Shown here: positions 50,401 through 62,426 of the stretch, piece by piece | Layout: each line of letters begins with the position of its first letter | Numbering within the stretch: position 1 is the first letter of the stretch | Source: Lingula anatina | Lineage: Eukaryota > Animalia > Brachiopoda | Direction: 5' to 3' | NCBI GenBank assembly: GCA_051362555.1 | Contig: JBPQGU010000016.1 | Span: 6,324,001 to 6,388,000, forward strand | Length of the DNA: 64,000 nt | Position numbers and translations under genes: made by a program | The notes under the pieces: model-generated | The model's input: only the letters and a program-made list of their open reading frames with translations | Told to the model about the DNA's origin: nothing | The model's database searches: none

Positions 50401-51683
50401 CGTCATGTTTTGCTTTCTAGAGACCAGCATACAGTGTCCTCTCTCTGAGTACTGACTATAGTACTTACGTCTACCTTTATTTCTATCTTTATATACCTTC
50501 ACATATTACACTACATTGGCTTCCCAGCCAGGTGGGTTGCCGGAGTGGTCACTTTAATTCAATTAAACATGTGATAGAGAAGACTTCCAGAGTGAGTACT
50601 AAATGGCTCCTACTACTGGACAATAGGCAGAGGACCATTCCTAAAATACATGCGAGGTGGATGTATTTGTAAATTAAAGATATGGCTTTTTGTTTAAATG
50701 AGTACATGTAACGTTACATGTACCTAGTGTGACTCTGAACAAACTGACTTCTTTAAACTTAACCTGTAAACTGATTATAGAAGTATTCATTCCGAAAACA
50801 TTAAACCCGCACATCTAAAGAGAATCTGTTGAGACAGTGGTTGGGTGGTGCAAGAGTGATGATCTGATCGGGTTGAGGGATGATGACCAGAATTATCTGC
50901 ATCTTTACACAGGCAACAGCTAACAATCAATCTGACATACAATACACATCAATTCAGACACAAAATCTGGTATGAAAATTATATATCATAAAATCATGGC
51001 TATGAATATAGAGCTGGGTAAATACCTGAGTGGAGACTGCCACAAGACGTCTGCATGCACCATCAAAATCATAGTCCATGTCGCTTGTAAAAGCACAGGA
51101 CTTGCAAATAAATTGCACATCTTATTGGCTCCATTCAGAAAACAGTTCTTCTGACATTGGAACACACAACCTAGGGATAATAAAGGATTGTAATTGTAGT
51201 AATTTATTTAAATCACAAAAACTAATCATTAATTTGAAGACTTCGTTCCTTAAAATGAATCATTTTAACAATTGAATAGACTGGTTTCAATGTATTTGAT
51301 CTTTGTGAATTTCATATTGCAAAACAGTGACACTTGGTTTGTTATTTAGAAAATGATACATTTTGATTTATAAATGTTTTTTTAAAGTAATATACTTTGG
51401 TTCTTGTGCCATTTTGTGTTTATAAAAAAGACAATTCTAAAGACCTTATTTTTTAAAAAGGAAAGCAGGTCAATAAGGTATCTACTTAAGAAAGCTTTAC
51501 TAGCAAAAACCAAAATGATCACAGGAAACATAATTTTAAACAATGTCTTAAAATGTATATGTTGGCTTTTAAATGATGCTTCTCCTCCTTGTTTTAATTA
51601 CAATGATTCCTCCTACCTGTGAATCCACCTCTTGCATTTTGAGCATTCTATCATATCAGTATGGCAAGCTTAATGGCATGAAC

Positions 51684-51732
<49 letters not shown>

Positions 51733-54700
51733 CATTGGTCAAAAAGGTTGTCCCACTCCCATTTCCATGTACTTTTATTTACAAATGATCACCTAACAGC
51801 TCTTAATTGTTAGAAATAGTGTTTTTTATTACGTATACCGTGTCTAACATGATTAATGGTTTAAAAAATACAAAATAGTGGTGAAAATATACATATTTTA
51901 TACCATTTAGTAAAATTTATAAGAGGTACCCCCTCAAATCGACTGTTTCACTGTGACTTCTAAAGATGTAAAGAAATGACTATAAAATTAAAAAGACGCC
52001 ATCAAATGTCACCAAATTCACACACAATTAGCATTAGGGTGTGCTCATTAAAGATCACGTGCCTAACAGCGTGTGCGTCTACCGCGTACTGCAATTATTT
52101 CCTGTAGACGGCGCGACAAGCCTTCAACACGGGTTACAATTCTGTTTTGTGGGATATTGTCCCATTCTTCTTAAACAAGTTGGGGGAGTTGGTCCACGTT
52201 TTTATGGGGTTGGTTCTCCTTTGCATTGCACACTCCAATACATGTCACAGTTGATTAGTTAGTTTGATATCAGGGCTCAAAGATGGTGGTTCCATCCTTG
52301 GAGCATTGTGTTTCTTCAACAAACACTTGCCAGGCGAGAGGTGTGAGCAAGTGTGCAGTCATGATAAAGCCTGAAGTTAACCCCAAAGTCAGTTCTTGAA
52401 GATGGAATGAGATATCAGCTGAGAATGCTATGTTCAGTAATTGCACAGGCACCTGAACCTGGCCATCCATCACTGGAAGGAAGTTGATTTTGATGCAGAA
52501 TCAAATTATTTCTTGTATCCCATCGATGGTCAAAGAGGGTCCATAGACATGTTAAAAAATGCCTCTTGGAAGGGTGTGTGCAGGATAATATCCCCTGAGG
52601 TGTTAGATCAATCCGCATTTGGAGAACATTCCAAGCCCATGGTATTAGTACATTGTTCCTTTTGGAACAAAACGTAACAGGGGCAATTTGATGTAACATT
52701 CTCAACAGAAATCTCACTCCATTTGCAAGAGGTAACTTCAGGGATACTACTGGCTTCATTGTGACGACGCACTTGCTCACAGCTCTTGTCTGGCAAACGA
52801 TTTGTTGCAGAAACACAGGGCTCTGGGGATGGGACAACCGTCTTTGAGTCCTGATATTAATCCTACTGAGCACCTGTGGCATAAATTGGAATGTGCATTG
52901 CAGAGGAGAACCAATTCCTAAATAATCTTGACCAATTCCGCCACACTCTTTAGGATGAATGGGACAATATCCCACATAACAGAATTGTTACCCATGTTGA
53001 AGGCTTGTCGCGCCGTCTACAGGAGATAATTGCAGTACGTGGTAGATGCACACGCTGTTAGGCACGTGATCTTTAACGAGCACAACCTAATGCTAATTGT
53101 GTGTGAATTTGGTGACATTTGATGGCACCTTTTCAATTTTATAGACATTTCTTTACATCTGTAGAAGTAACAGTGAAACAGTCGATTTGAGGGGGTACCT
53201 CTTATAAATTTTACTAAATGGTATAAAATATGTATATTTTCACCACTATTTTGAATTTTTTTAACCATTAATCATGTTAGACACGGTATCCGTGATAAAA
53301 AGCACTATTTCTAACAGTTCACAGCTGTGAGGTGATCATTTGTAAATAAAAGTACATATATATATCAAGTGTGTGTGTGTCTGTGGTACAGTGTGCTCAA
53401 CTGTCCAAAGCATTTATGCACAATTCAAATTAATAAATAAATAAAAAAACAAGAGACATGTATCAACCCTGACTCCGAGTTTCAAATAATCGGGCATGCC
53501 TTCTGGTTATGCCTGTGAAACTCAGGAGTCGGGCTGATACGTGTCTCTTGTTTTTATATTTATTTATTAATTTAAATATGTGTCTCTTGTTTTTATATTT
53601 ATTTATTAATTTAAATTATATATATATATATAAAATAATAAAATATGCTGACAAAATATTTGAAATCAATTAGTATATTTAACTGTTCTTAAAACTTAAC
53701 ATATTTTGCTCTATTTCTAGGTCCACTGGCCAACAATCATGGCAGATGTGAACGAAACTGTTGCTGAGCTGAAGAGACAACAAGCCAAGGGGAGAATAAG
53801 ATATTATGGCGTCTGCAACTTTGGACCCAATGATCTGCGAGGTTTTCTTGAAGCAGGAGGACAGCCCATCTCTAACCAGGTGTGGTACCCATAGACCCTT
53901 AATTCAGAGCATTTAAGATATGGCTATTTCTTAAAAGGTGCATAATGAGCATTATAGACCATCATATTGGAAAATTTCAATTTTCACGCATGGAAATTTT
54001 ACTTATATTTCCATTAATTACCAAGGTATTACATATTCAGAACTGGTCCCAGAATAACAATCTGTAAACCTTTTCTGTAAACCTTCAGAGTCTGAAAATT
54101 AAATGTTTTTAAAACTATATTCCCTAAAGTGACTTGGCTTATTTATTCATTATATTAACTTCATTTTCTTATAATGTGATGATATTTAAAGGTGTGCTAC
54201 AATCTTCTGTGGAGGTCCATAGAGGAGGAACTACTTCCTCTCTGCCAGGAGAAAGGCATATCCCTCCTCCCCTACTCACCACTTCAGCAGGGACTACTTA
54301 CAGGGAAGTTCCAGAAGCCGTCTGATGTCCCTGAGGGAAGAAGGCGAGGGAAGTTATTTCATAAGGACAGGTACAAAATATATGGGCCATTGCACATTAT
54401 TTTTTTAGTGTGTATGTTTTTGAGTTAAATTTTCAAGCTGTATTTATTTTAGGTTTTCTACTCCCAAAATTTCAACATGTTATTCATTTATAAAAAAGGG
54501 AGATAAAATTGCTTGAGACGATCTTACATGATTGATATGAATTTTTTTTTTACTGAGTCAAGCACCATTTATTGTGTGTCTCTAACTACAGCATATGTAG
54601 GCCTTTTTCTTGCCTGATAACACACTTTTCGAAATGGACCTAACTCCCAGGGGGTTCACTCTAAATTACTGTCAGCCGACCGCGCATGGAAGTTAATTAC

Positions 54701-56560
54701 CCCCTTACAGCTTTTAGTAGGCAGGACAGACATGTAAGCCGGCCAAGCTGACAGTAATCTAGCGAGACTCCCCACGGGGATAGATCGATCTAAAATCTGT
54801 GGGAATGGGGTCTATCATATGGGCATAAGTCCTTGTTTGACCAAACTTACACTTTAACAATATTTCTTTTCAAGTACCCCCCTTGCTCGCCACGGCCATG
54901 ATGGAGCAGAAAAAGAGGTGTTTCAGGTATAATATTTGATGTTTTATTTATTTAAAACGAGATGAATAAAAAAAACTAATTAAATAAGTTGGAATGAGAT
55001 GGAATAAAATGAAATACATAAAAGTATTACACGCTTGTATAGAAGACAGTTAAAAAGATTATAAATAAAGTAGTCCCACAAGCATGTTTTCCTTTGATTG
55101 TCTGTCCAGACATCTAGGGCTACGTATTGACTAAAACATTCATAACAGAGACAGGCATAGTTTACAAGTGCAGACAAAAGTTGTATAAAGAGTAATGTCA
55201 GATTTTCAATTATATGATTGCACTCTATGATAACATTTCCTTTGATTTTATCAAAGGTCTTGACATTTTTAGACAAAATTAATCAAAATTTGTGTGACTG
55301 TGTGAGTGATGCATATTTATAATAATGGTAAATTTGTTTATACTTTTCTTTGTCAGGTTATAACTTATTTAGGATCTGAGTTAATTTTGTTATTACACTA
55401 GAGTGGGTCTGGGAGGTTGAAAATGATGAGGTTGAAAATGTAATAAATGTTTTGTTTGTTTTTTTTCTGTTTGAACAAAAAAGTATATTCAGAAAGTTTA
55501 TCACAGCTTGAGCAGTTTATTATAAACAGATAACAGATAAGCAGTAGAAAATACAAAAAATCATGTCATTCTCTTTCTTGAATATTATTATTATAGATAT
55601 AATGTACATTTTAGAAGATATAGGTTATTATTATGCACAACACAGTACAGTCATGTAACACATTTCAAACTGAAGAGCTTTTTCGATCTTCATCCGTATT
55701 GAAACAAGAAACAAATAGGTTCCAGTGGTTCCAACAGCCCATATTTCACGGTTGAAAATTGTTGATCCATATCAAACCTGAGCTAGAATAAATTATAGAA
55801 ATATCAGATGCATGTGTGATTAAAAAAACTGTATATATGAAACATAAAAGGATAAACACATAATCATGTTTCCAATGCTCTAGGCCATCAGTGAAATCCG
55901 CGAGGTGTGTGCCAAAGCCAACATTCCCATGGCAACAGCATCATTGTCATGGTTACTACAGCAGCCATGTGTGAAGTCAGTCATTGTTGGAGCTTCTAAC
56001 CCGCAGCAGGTGGTAGAGAATTGCCAGAGAGTGACCTTGCCAGAGGTGAAGATATTTTTAATACCCTACTATTAGTGTGTGTGTGCGCGTACGCTAGTGT
56101 GTGTGTGTGTATGTGTGTGTGTGCGTGCGTACATGAATGCATGTGGGTCAGAACCTCCGGCTAAGTTTGGTGGTTGGATCCATATATGGCTATTGTTGGC
56201 TGTAAAGAAAATTCCCTTTAAGAAAATGTTTTGTCTCAAGGTAATGAAAGAGTGAAGGGAATTTTTGGAGAAAACAAATAGCTTCTCTCAGAGAGAGAGA
56301 GAGAGTGAGAGAGTTATAAACATATTGATTTTTTGAGGGGAAGTTTCTGTAAATGTCTTTTAAAGTGATTCCAACAGCTATTCCCCTATATCCATAAGAC
56401 ATTATATAACCATAATATAAAATAATTATGTTTCTTAAAACATGTTTTCCTAACATCAATATTCTAGGACGTGGTACAGAAGTTCTCTGCAGCTACGGAC
56501 CCAGTGAAGGTGATATTCAAGGGTGATATGGACCAGTGGGCATACGGAAGGTCAAGTTAA
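23247..56560 (+). CDS. Aldo-keto reductase (AKR11/YhdN/IolS-like branch), 8 coding exons
   Basis: Exons 23247-23366, 24946-25008, 25336-25524, 53721-53879, 54192-54370, 54875-54926, 55884-56045, 56468-56560(TAA). Motifs VSPICLGTWQF; GINFIDTAEAY (catalytic D, Y); LASKV (K); LKTDYIDLYQVHWP (H); GRIRYYGVCNF; NQVCYNLL; PYSPLQQGLLTGKF; VIVGASNPQQVVEN. Confidence 0.93.
23430..23598. mobile_element. Small hAT-like MITE with 5-bp TSD
   Basis: TIR CAGGCCCGTAGCCAG / CTGGCTATGGGCCTG; AAAGT duplicated at 23425-23429 and 23599-23603. Confidence 0.75.
23857..24198. mobile_element. Non-autonomous DNA transposon relics built from ~16-bp subterminal repeats (GAAGGTTCATTGGTCC), probably Mutator-like
   Basis: Direct and inverted copies of the unit; the terminus GGCCGTAGCAATAGTCCGAAGGTTC resembles 35330-35382, next to the MULE transposase. 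Confidence 0.6.
24367..24581. mobile_element. PIF/Harbinger-type MITE (same family as 740-954)
   Basis: 215 bp, TTA on both sides. Confidence 0.85.
28380..30095 (+). repeat. Tandem array of ~12 x 146-bp units
   Basis: ATCTCCAAAACTGG recurs at 28387, 28533, 28679, 28825, 28971, 29117, 29263, 29409, 29555, 29701 and 29847; degenerate unit at ~29993. Confidence 0.97.
30124..34016. mobile_element. P-superfamily-like non-autonomous TIR element (3.9 kb)
   Basis: Perfect 31-bp TIRs CAAGGAGTTATAACAGAAGGAGATTACACGC; 7-bp TSD ATTGTAC (30117-30123, 34017-34023); no transposase recognised inside. Confidence 0.8.
35330..40844 (-). mobile_element. Decayed, spliced Mutator-like (MULE) element encoding a vertnin-like OTU domain and a DDE transposase
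   Basis: Exon 40844-40563 GTDGNCFNRALS.. splices to 38758 or 37949 (..SPNHFSLL), giving OTU Cys/His motifs. Transposase 35814-37370: LGVDKTYNLG, IGSDEEKAI, CYRH, WTNNICESANHIIK. Several frameshifts. Terminus-like motif at 35330-35382. Confidence 0.82.
37372..38808 (-). repeat. ~625-bp direct duplication inside the MULE gene (37372-38000 and 38184-38808)
   Basis: Two highly similar copies that each include the splice acceptor; the upper copy is truncated after ..WLTVVKK. Confidence 0.92.
42194..43060 (-). pseudogene. Tyrosine recombinase of the Ngaro-like element
   Basis: AFYGLLRISKL, HSFRIGGAT, LGHWTSSAFTKYIR; N-terminal KAPSTTSTY and RLPIT segments lie in shifted frames. Confidence 0.92.
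43042..44758 (-). pseudogene. Reverse transcriptase-RNase H (DIRS/Ngaro type)
   Basis: ISPTGVVPKK..FRRIHHLS, AKIDIENAYR, LPMG, LLDDFL; RNase H DAS..ILELYAI..HTDN..HIAGIDNTGADAISR after a frameshift. Confidence 0.93.
44760..46271 (-). pseudogene. Gag-like ORF with Q/P/G-rich N-terminus and C-terminal zinc finger
   Basis: LDSHIPQPIRDKIAREEYVDFRQLL and WQAAFYVF..WQKYDREFR are DIRS/Ngaro Gag-type motifs; IC*RWNRGDFCDKFQCRYQHVCSKCLHPTHRHINC zinc finger; frameshifted. Confidence 0.88.
46435..47073 (-). pseudogene. SGNH/GDSL hydrolase (esterase) ORF carried by the retrotransposon
   Basis: 213 codons with one in-frame TGA (46960-46962); blocks LLLGSS, GLSGG, LGNA, DGTHFN; splice acceptor TTTTTCAG just before the ATG. 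Confidence 0.8.
49746..50156 (+). mobile_element. Short HINE/Helentron-type non-autonomous element
   Basis: 5' ATTACCTCCACCAAGG, (GTTT)n, two ~117-bp internal repeats, 3' CCTTGGCAGAGGT, hairpin GCACTCT-C-AGAGTGC, CTAGTTTT. Confidence 0.8.
51730..53357. mobile_element. Tc1/mariner relic with fold-back structure
   Basis: Starts TA|CAG in a (TA)n tract; inverted arms ~51767-52445 and ~52680-53357; transposase remnants WKEVDFDAES and SPDINPTEHLWHKLE. Confidence 0.8.
53430..53572. repeat. ~140-bp palindromic (hairpin) MITE-like element
   Basis: AACAAGAGACATGTATCAACCCTGACTCC.. / ..GGAGTCGGGCTGATACGTGTCTCTTGTT. Confidence 0.7.
54633..54812. mobile_element. Truncated copy of the PIF/Harbinger-type MITE family
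   Basis: GACCTAACTCCCAGGGGGTTCAC..GATAGATCGATCTAAAATCT matches 511-954. Confidence 0.75.
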
Positions 56561-57190
56561 ATTGACTCTTTATAAGACTCATAACACAGGGTACATTAGG
56601 TTGCAGTGCTCACCATTTAGCTGTCAAATAGAGGATGTTTGGTTTGGAGGGTGTTTCAGTCACCCCGAGTCTTACAGGTTAACTGACCTGTCTGTTACCA
56701 GGCTGTCTACCATTTCCAGTATTAATGAAAAAAAAAAATTTTTTCAGTTAATATATATGAACAAAATATATATCAGAAATTTGAACATTGACAGAGCTCT
56801 AAAAAGTGATTGAAAGAAATAATAATGACAATAGAAAATTCTGAAGTTTAAAATGTGAAAATAAAATATTATGTATTAAAAGGTAATTATTAATTTTTTA
56901 ATTTCGAGTTAAAACTGGTAAAAATCCATCTCTATAACTCATTGTGTTTTCATTATACCTACTTGACCATACAAATCTTTTCTACTGCTAACTTACTACT
57001 CTTATGATCAGGTATTTATGTTGCCTATTTTGGAAGTGGCAAACTGATTACGATCATAATTTCTTATTAATTTCAAGCTGTAATTGCTTAAGTAGAAGTT
57101 CCAGATCAGAACCATGTCAGACTTGTGCGCAAAATATTAAAGCAGTACAAATAATATTATATACCTGATTTTTAGTTATTATGATCTTTA

Positions 57191-57230
<40 letters not shown>

Positions 57231-58457
57231 TAAAACATCATCTTAAGTTCACAATGAATGGAAGCACTGCTGAAAAAGTAAAAGAAAATGTTTACCTGAG
57301 AAGAACTTCATTAATATAGACCATAGTGTAAATGGTATTATCAAGCTACATGTCATAATGATGAAATTACAATTACACAAATAAATAGAAGAATAAATAC
57401 ATGATACAGTTTGATTTAGAGAGTAAATATTAAAAAAAAAAAATGTACCCAAACCATAATCTCACTGCCGAGTCAACGGCTCACAACAGTGGGTTTTTAT
57501 ACATATTATTATCAAGCTACATATTGTTTAAGTACATATTGTACAATTGCACAGGTAAATAAATAAATTAATGAATAAATAATAGTGTTATATGTTGAAT
57601 AATTATAAGTAAATAGTTTGCAATTAGCAAGTGGCATGATGTTTAACCCCACTGCCGATCTATTTTGTAAATAATTCTGGTGTAGATTTCACTTGGATTG
57701 ATCTTCGCCACCGTTTGGGCCCCTTTTTTAATGAGTTCTAAACGACAGACAACTTAAAAGAGTTACAAGAGACCCTATCTAACTCCTTTGCCTTGTGGCA
57801 TAATGTCTTGATAAAAGTGATTTATTTAGTGTGAGGAGGGTGTCTTGTCTCACTTAAAAAGGAATCGTTCTTCGCAATGGTTGCTTAACTGATGCTATCT
57901 AACTTTGTACAAATAGGGTTTTAAATGATCGCCAAAATTATGACATTAATGAATGTTGCATATCAAAAGTTTTGATACGATTAAATAATGGTTAATAAGG
58001 ATTATGGGTTACTATTTAGCTCAGGCGTTAACTTCGTCTTGCGATCTAAATGAACAAAAGTTGCAGATCGTAACAAATTTAACTTAATTATAGTGTAGTA
58101 ACGTACAGCCCAGCAGATAATGTGTTATACCAGTAAGCAGGCATTAACTACGTCTCGCCCACGCCCCCCTCCCCAAAAATGTTTCTTATAATGTCAAAAT
58201 GTTTTCTAAGGCTAAGCAAAGAATTGTTTTACGACTCATTCACTGAAACAGCATGTTGTAATCGATATTAAGGGGGGGGGGGGTATACCTATTCATGGAT
58301 AAAATATCAAAATTCACCTTATTTCCCTGGTGTTGAGTTTTGTGACAGTAATGTATCGAAGAAATATGAAAGTATGCATGATGGAAGATGCATGCGCAAT
58401 ATTTGTGGAATAAAGTGGTGTATTTTGACAACAAGTGGGCCTCAGCCAAATGTACAT

Positions 58458-58679
58458 CAGGGGTGGATCCTGGATTTTTTTAAAGGGGGAGGGGTCCGGT
58501 TCACCCCAATGGCGTTAGGTTCAGGGCACGCTCTAGGGCCTCAAAAATTTAGTGCTTAAGAGGACAAATCGCGCGCATTTAGAACCATGATTCAGCTAGG
58601 CGTTTTTGGTACGACTTTTGTAAATCAGAAATCGAAGGGGAGGGTCCGGACCCCCTGACACCCCCTAAATTCGTCCCTG
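58458..58679. mobile_element. GC-rich hAT-like MITE
   Basis: CAGGGGTGGATCC..AAATTCGTCCCTG; homologous to 20486-20803. Confidence 0.7.
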
Positions 58680-58789
58680 TAATATTGACCGTGAACATTT
58701 GTGAACAGTTTCAACCACAGCCCCTCACCTAAAATGGACCATACCTGTCTGTAATTTGCATAACAATAAGTTGCTCACCGTAGTGCGAG

Positions 58790-61700
58790 CTGTCTTCTCG
58801 AATGCTCAGTTGGAAGTAGGACACAGCAGGAAGAAGACGCAATAAGTATGTGTGGTGCGGTCGCAAGGTGGAACTTTCATGAGGCGTAGAAGCAAATGCA
58901 CGTTTTGTAAGTATTACTTTTTCTTCGGTGACCTATAACAGTAGATGAAATAAGCGTAGAAGAATGCAAGAGAATTTACAACAAGTGTTTATGTCACGAC
59001 TCTTTGTTATATTTTGCCTATCGTTTCTGTGTGCGGAGAAAGTGACATTACGGATACGCTAACGACAAAAACGATTAAGTTGTCTTACGTACGCCCCTTT
59101 AGAGGACAAAAGAATTGTGTGAAAATTAGTAAGTTAAGGGACAATTCCGACTTACGTATATTTTACGTACATCTTACATGTCACTCAAAATGTTAGCTAG
59201 CATATTAGTAGATAGGCATATTATTTCAAAGATCACGGGCTAATTTAAGTGATAATAGTAATACCGGTACTTGTCACAGTTCCGAACTTTTGACCCATCG
59301 ATTTTAATGGTCAAATTTAATAGTCAAAGTTTATCAAAAATTCAAACGTCTCCTTTTACGACAATCACGATAGTTTAAAAAGAAATAAAATACCCTTTCG
59401 AATTAAATTATCTTATTGTTAATTTGGTCTCGTTGAGGTTTCATTTCATTTCTTTAAATCAGTTTTTGTAGATTTGTTTATTCTACTATACATGTACCCG
59501 TAAAATGTTTGTAAGCAGTGTTGAATAACGGAGAAAATGATTTATGATAAAGAAAAATATGGCCCCCAAACGTGTGATGCATAGCGATTTTAGATGTTAC
59601 AACATGAAATGGGAGGTAAAATGAATTAACGTCGCTAGTAATAACCTCCACAAATTAAAGAAATGTGTTCAATGTTTATTTTTTCAAAGCATGATATCTC
59701 AAATACGATTATCATTAACTTACGGTCTTAACTTTGGCGTAAGGCAACCTTGATATCGATTGATTTTTATGTACAGACACAGACGTGTCTGTACATATAG
59801 CCGTCACCTGCGTCTGTCGTCGCCGTCGCCGTCGTCGCCGTCGTCGCCGTGCACTCAGCGATAACACGATAAGTGGAATACAGTTGTACATTTTGTATTC
59901 AAATTTACAGAACTGATGAATATTCATAATACGCAGGTCAAGTTCGAAAATCAGCATGTTTTTTAGAGAAGTTAGGCTGTTTTTTCACTTTTTTTGGCAT
60001 TATTATAACACCGATAACACGATAAGTGAAAAACCTTTTTACTTTTTGGCTTGAAACTTATAAAACTGATGAATATTTATAATACGCAGGTCAAGTTCGA
60101 AAATCAGAGCTATTGGGTCAATTTTATGGAATTTATGCTGTTTTTTCACTTTTTTCAGCATATATGCAGCACCGATAACACAATAAATGGAAAACTGTTT
60201 TTTCTTTTGTGTTGAAACTTACATGAATATTCATAATACGTAGGTCAAGTTCGAAAATTGGCTTGATTGGACTATTTTTACAAAAGTTATAAATAAATGC
60301 TGTTTTTTCTCTTATATGCAACACTGATAACAAATTTTAAGGAAAACCAATCGGCCTTTTGTCTTGCAACTCAAAGGAGTGATTAGTCTGACTAGTATAC
60401 AGGTCAAGTTTTAAAATAAGCTTGATCAGTTAAGTTTTGAAGAAGTTATTAGCCTTTTTGTATATAAGTGTTTTTTTCTTCAGATTTAATTCTTGGGCAT
60501 GTTAACAGTCCCATTATGGAACTAATTAGATATGTAAAAGTGTTGTTTTTACATTTTCTGCTTCTTAACAATATTGTTAGTTGATAATATGAAAATGACA
60601 GTAACCTGTTAATGTGCATTGTGTAATAAAGTATCAAAAATGGAAAGGAATTCATCATTGCAGTTCATCAGATTCAATCATTCACTATGTTCAGAATCTG
60701 TGAATGGAGCAAATTGGACATTTAAAATTGTTCTATTGATATTTTTCCTATGTCAACAATTTTCCTAGTTGATCATTTAAAAATGACAGTAAATTGATTG
60801 TTTTGTTTTATGTAAAAGAGGTGTTGAAAATGAAAAGAAAATCATTTCAGTACAGTTATCTCTTGTTTACATTTTGGCATTTTGAAAGTGTGACTCTGAA
60901 CTTCCATGGCCTTGAAGACCTTCCCATATCACATTTTCTGAATATCCATGATACTTTTATTTTTTAATAAAAAGATTGATGGTCATTATGCTGTTAAGTA
61001 TTATGTTATATTGCATGAAAGTTGAAGAAAACCTTGTTTTGGACACTGCTGCCAGGATAGCGATTAAGGGAAAACCATGTTACTTATGATACTCAAACTT
61101 ACTGAAAAGTTTCATAAGACTGAAGTGCAGCTTGCATTGGAAAACCAGTGTGTTTGTTTCTGTTTTGGAAGCAATGCAGTTCTATAGTGCTATATGGTGC
61201 AATAAATGTATATGGATAGCGGCAGTATATTAATTCAGGGTCATAAAGTAATTTGCTTAATTAATTTTCAAGTTATTTTAGAGTTATAAAGTAATTTGCT
61301 TAATTAATTTGCAATTGGCCATTAAATAAGATTACATAAAACACACGTTGAGATTTCATTGTAAAGTCCCCTGGGTTTATCTCTCTTAACTGTGTCACAT
61401 AGGAATCAATGATTATTATGCAGGTAAATGTCATGGTAGTAATTACACAGCTAGTTTAAAAGTTTGAATAGCAGATTTATTGGAATTTTTTGTTATGTTT
61501 TATTTTACATTTTCTTTTAATTGTTTTTCAAACACTAGCATCTTCAAGATATCACTTTCAACTCCCATCCACCAGAAGCACTGTGCATTTTCTGTTTTTT
61601 TTTTGTTTTTTTTTCACAATAGGAGTTGTGTTGGTTTTTATGTATTTAAACATTGTGTAATTATGTTATTTTTTTGCACTTTTTATGTATCTTTTTTCAC

Positions 61701-62359
61701 ATATTGGGATTTTCATTATGTGAATTTGAACTCTCACATATGGTCCTGAAACTGTAATCTTATTGACCATGTTATTCTGTTGTACAATTTGTGAAAAAAT
61801 TATCTTTCACATACTGGCATTTTCATTGTGGGACTTTTAACTCCCAAGGGCATGTAACAGTTCACTTTTACTGATACTACCTGTTGTGCAATATTTGCAA
61901 CTTGACTTTGCAGTTAAAGGGATAATAACTGTTCTTTTTGGCAAATAATTTTTTTTTTTCTAAAAAGTGTCTTAAGAAATAATTACAAAGTATAGCCATC
62001 TATGGAGGTCACATGGTCTGATGACAAGTTTAGATATCAGAATAATAGCTATGACTGCCCTTTTTGTGGTAAAACAAAGTATATTATATTTCTGTGAGTT
62101 GTTTACACTGTTTAAACTCAAGTTGGGTGATTCATATCATGTTTATGCAGCTAGACTGAACGTCAGCTTTAGTGGAATATTTTTGTAATTTTTTCTTTAA
62201 TTTTTAATTTTTCAAACTGGCATTTTCAAGATGTGTCTTATCACTCCCATCCACCAGGAGTCCTGTACTGTTACTTTGTATCATTTTCTGTAATTTTTTT
62301 AACTTACAAGAATGATTCTTAGGATTGACATACAGCCCAAATAAGAAAAACAGCTCTAT

Positions 62360-62426
<67 letters not shown>

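Noticed and set aside
59715-59957. Poly-Arg ORF
   Set aside because: Translation of the (CGT/CGC)n microsatellite of a HINE element.
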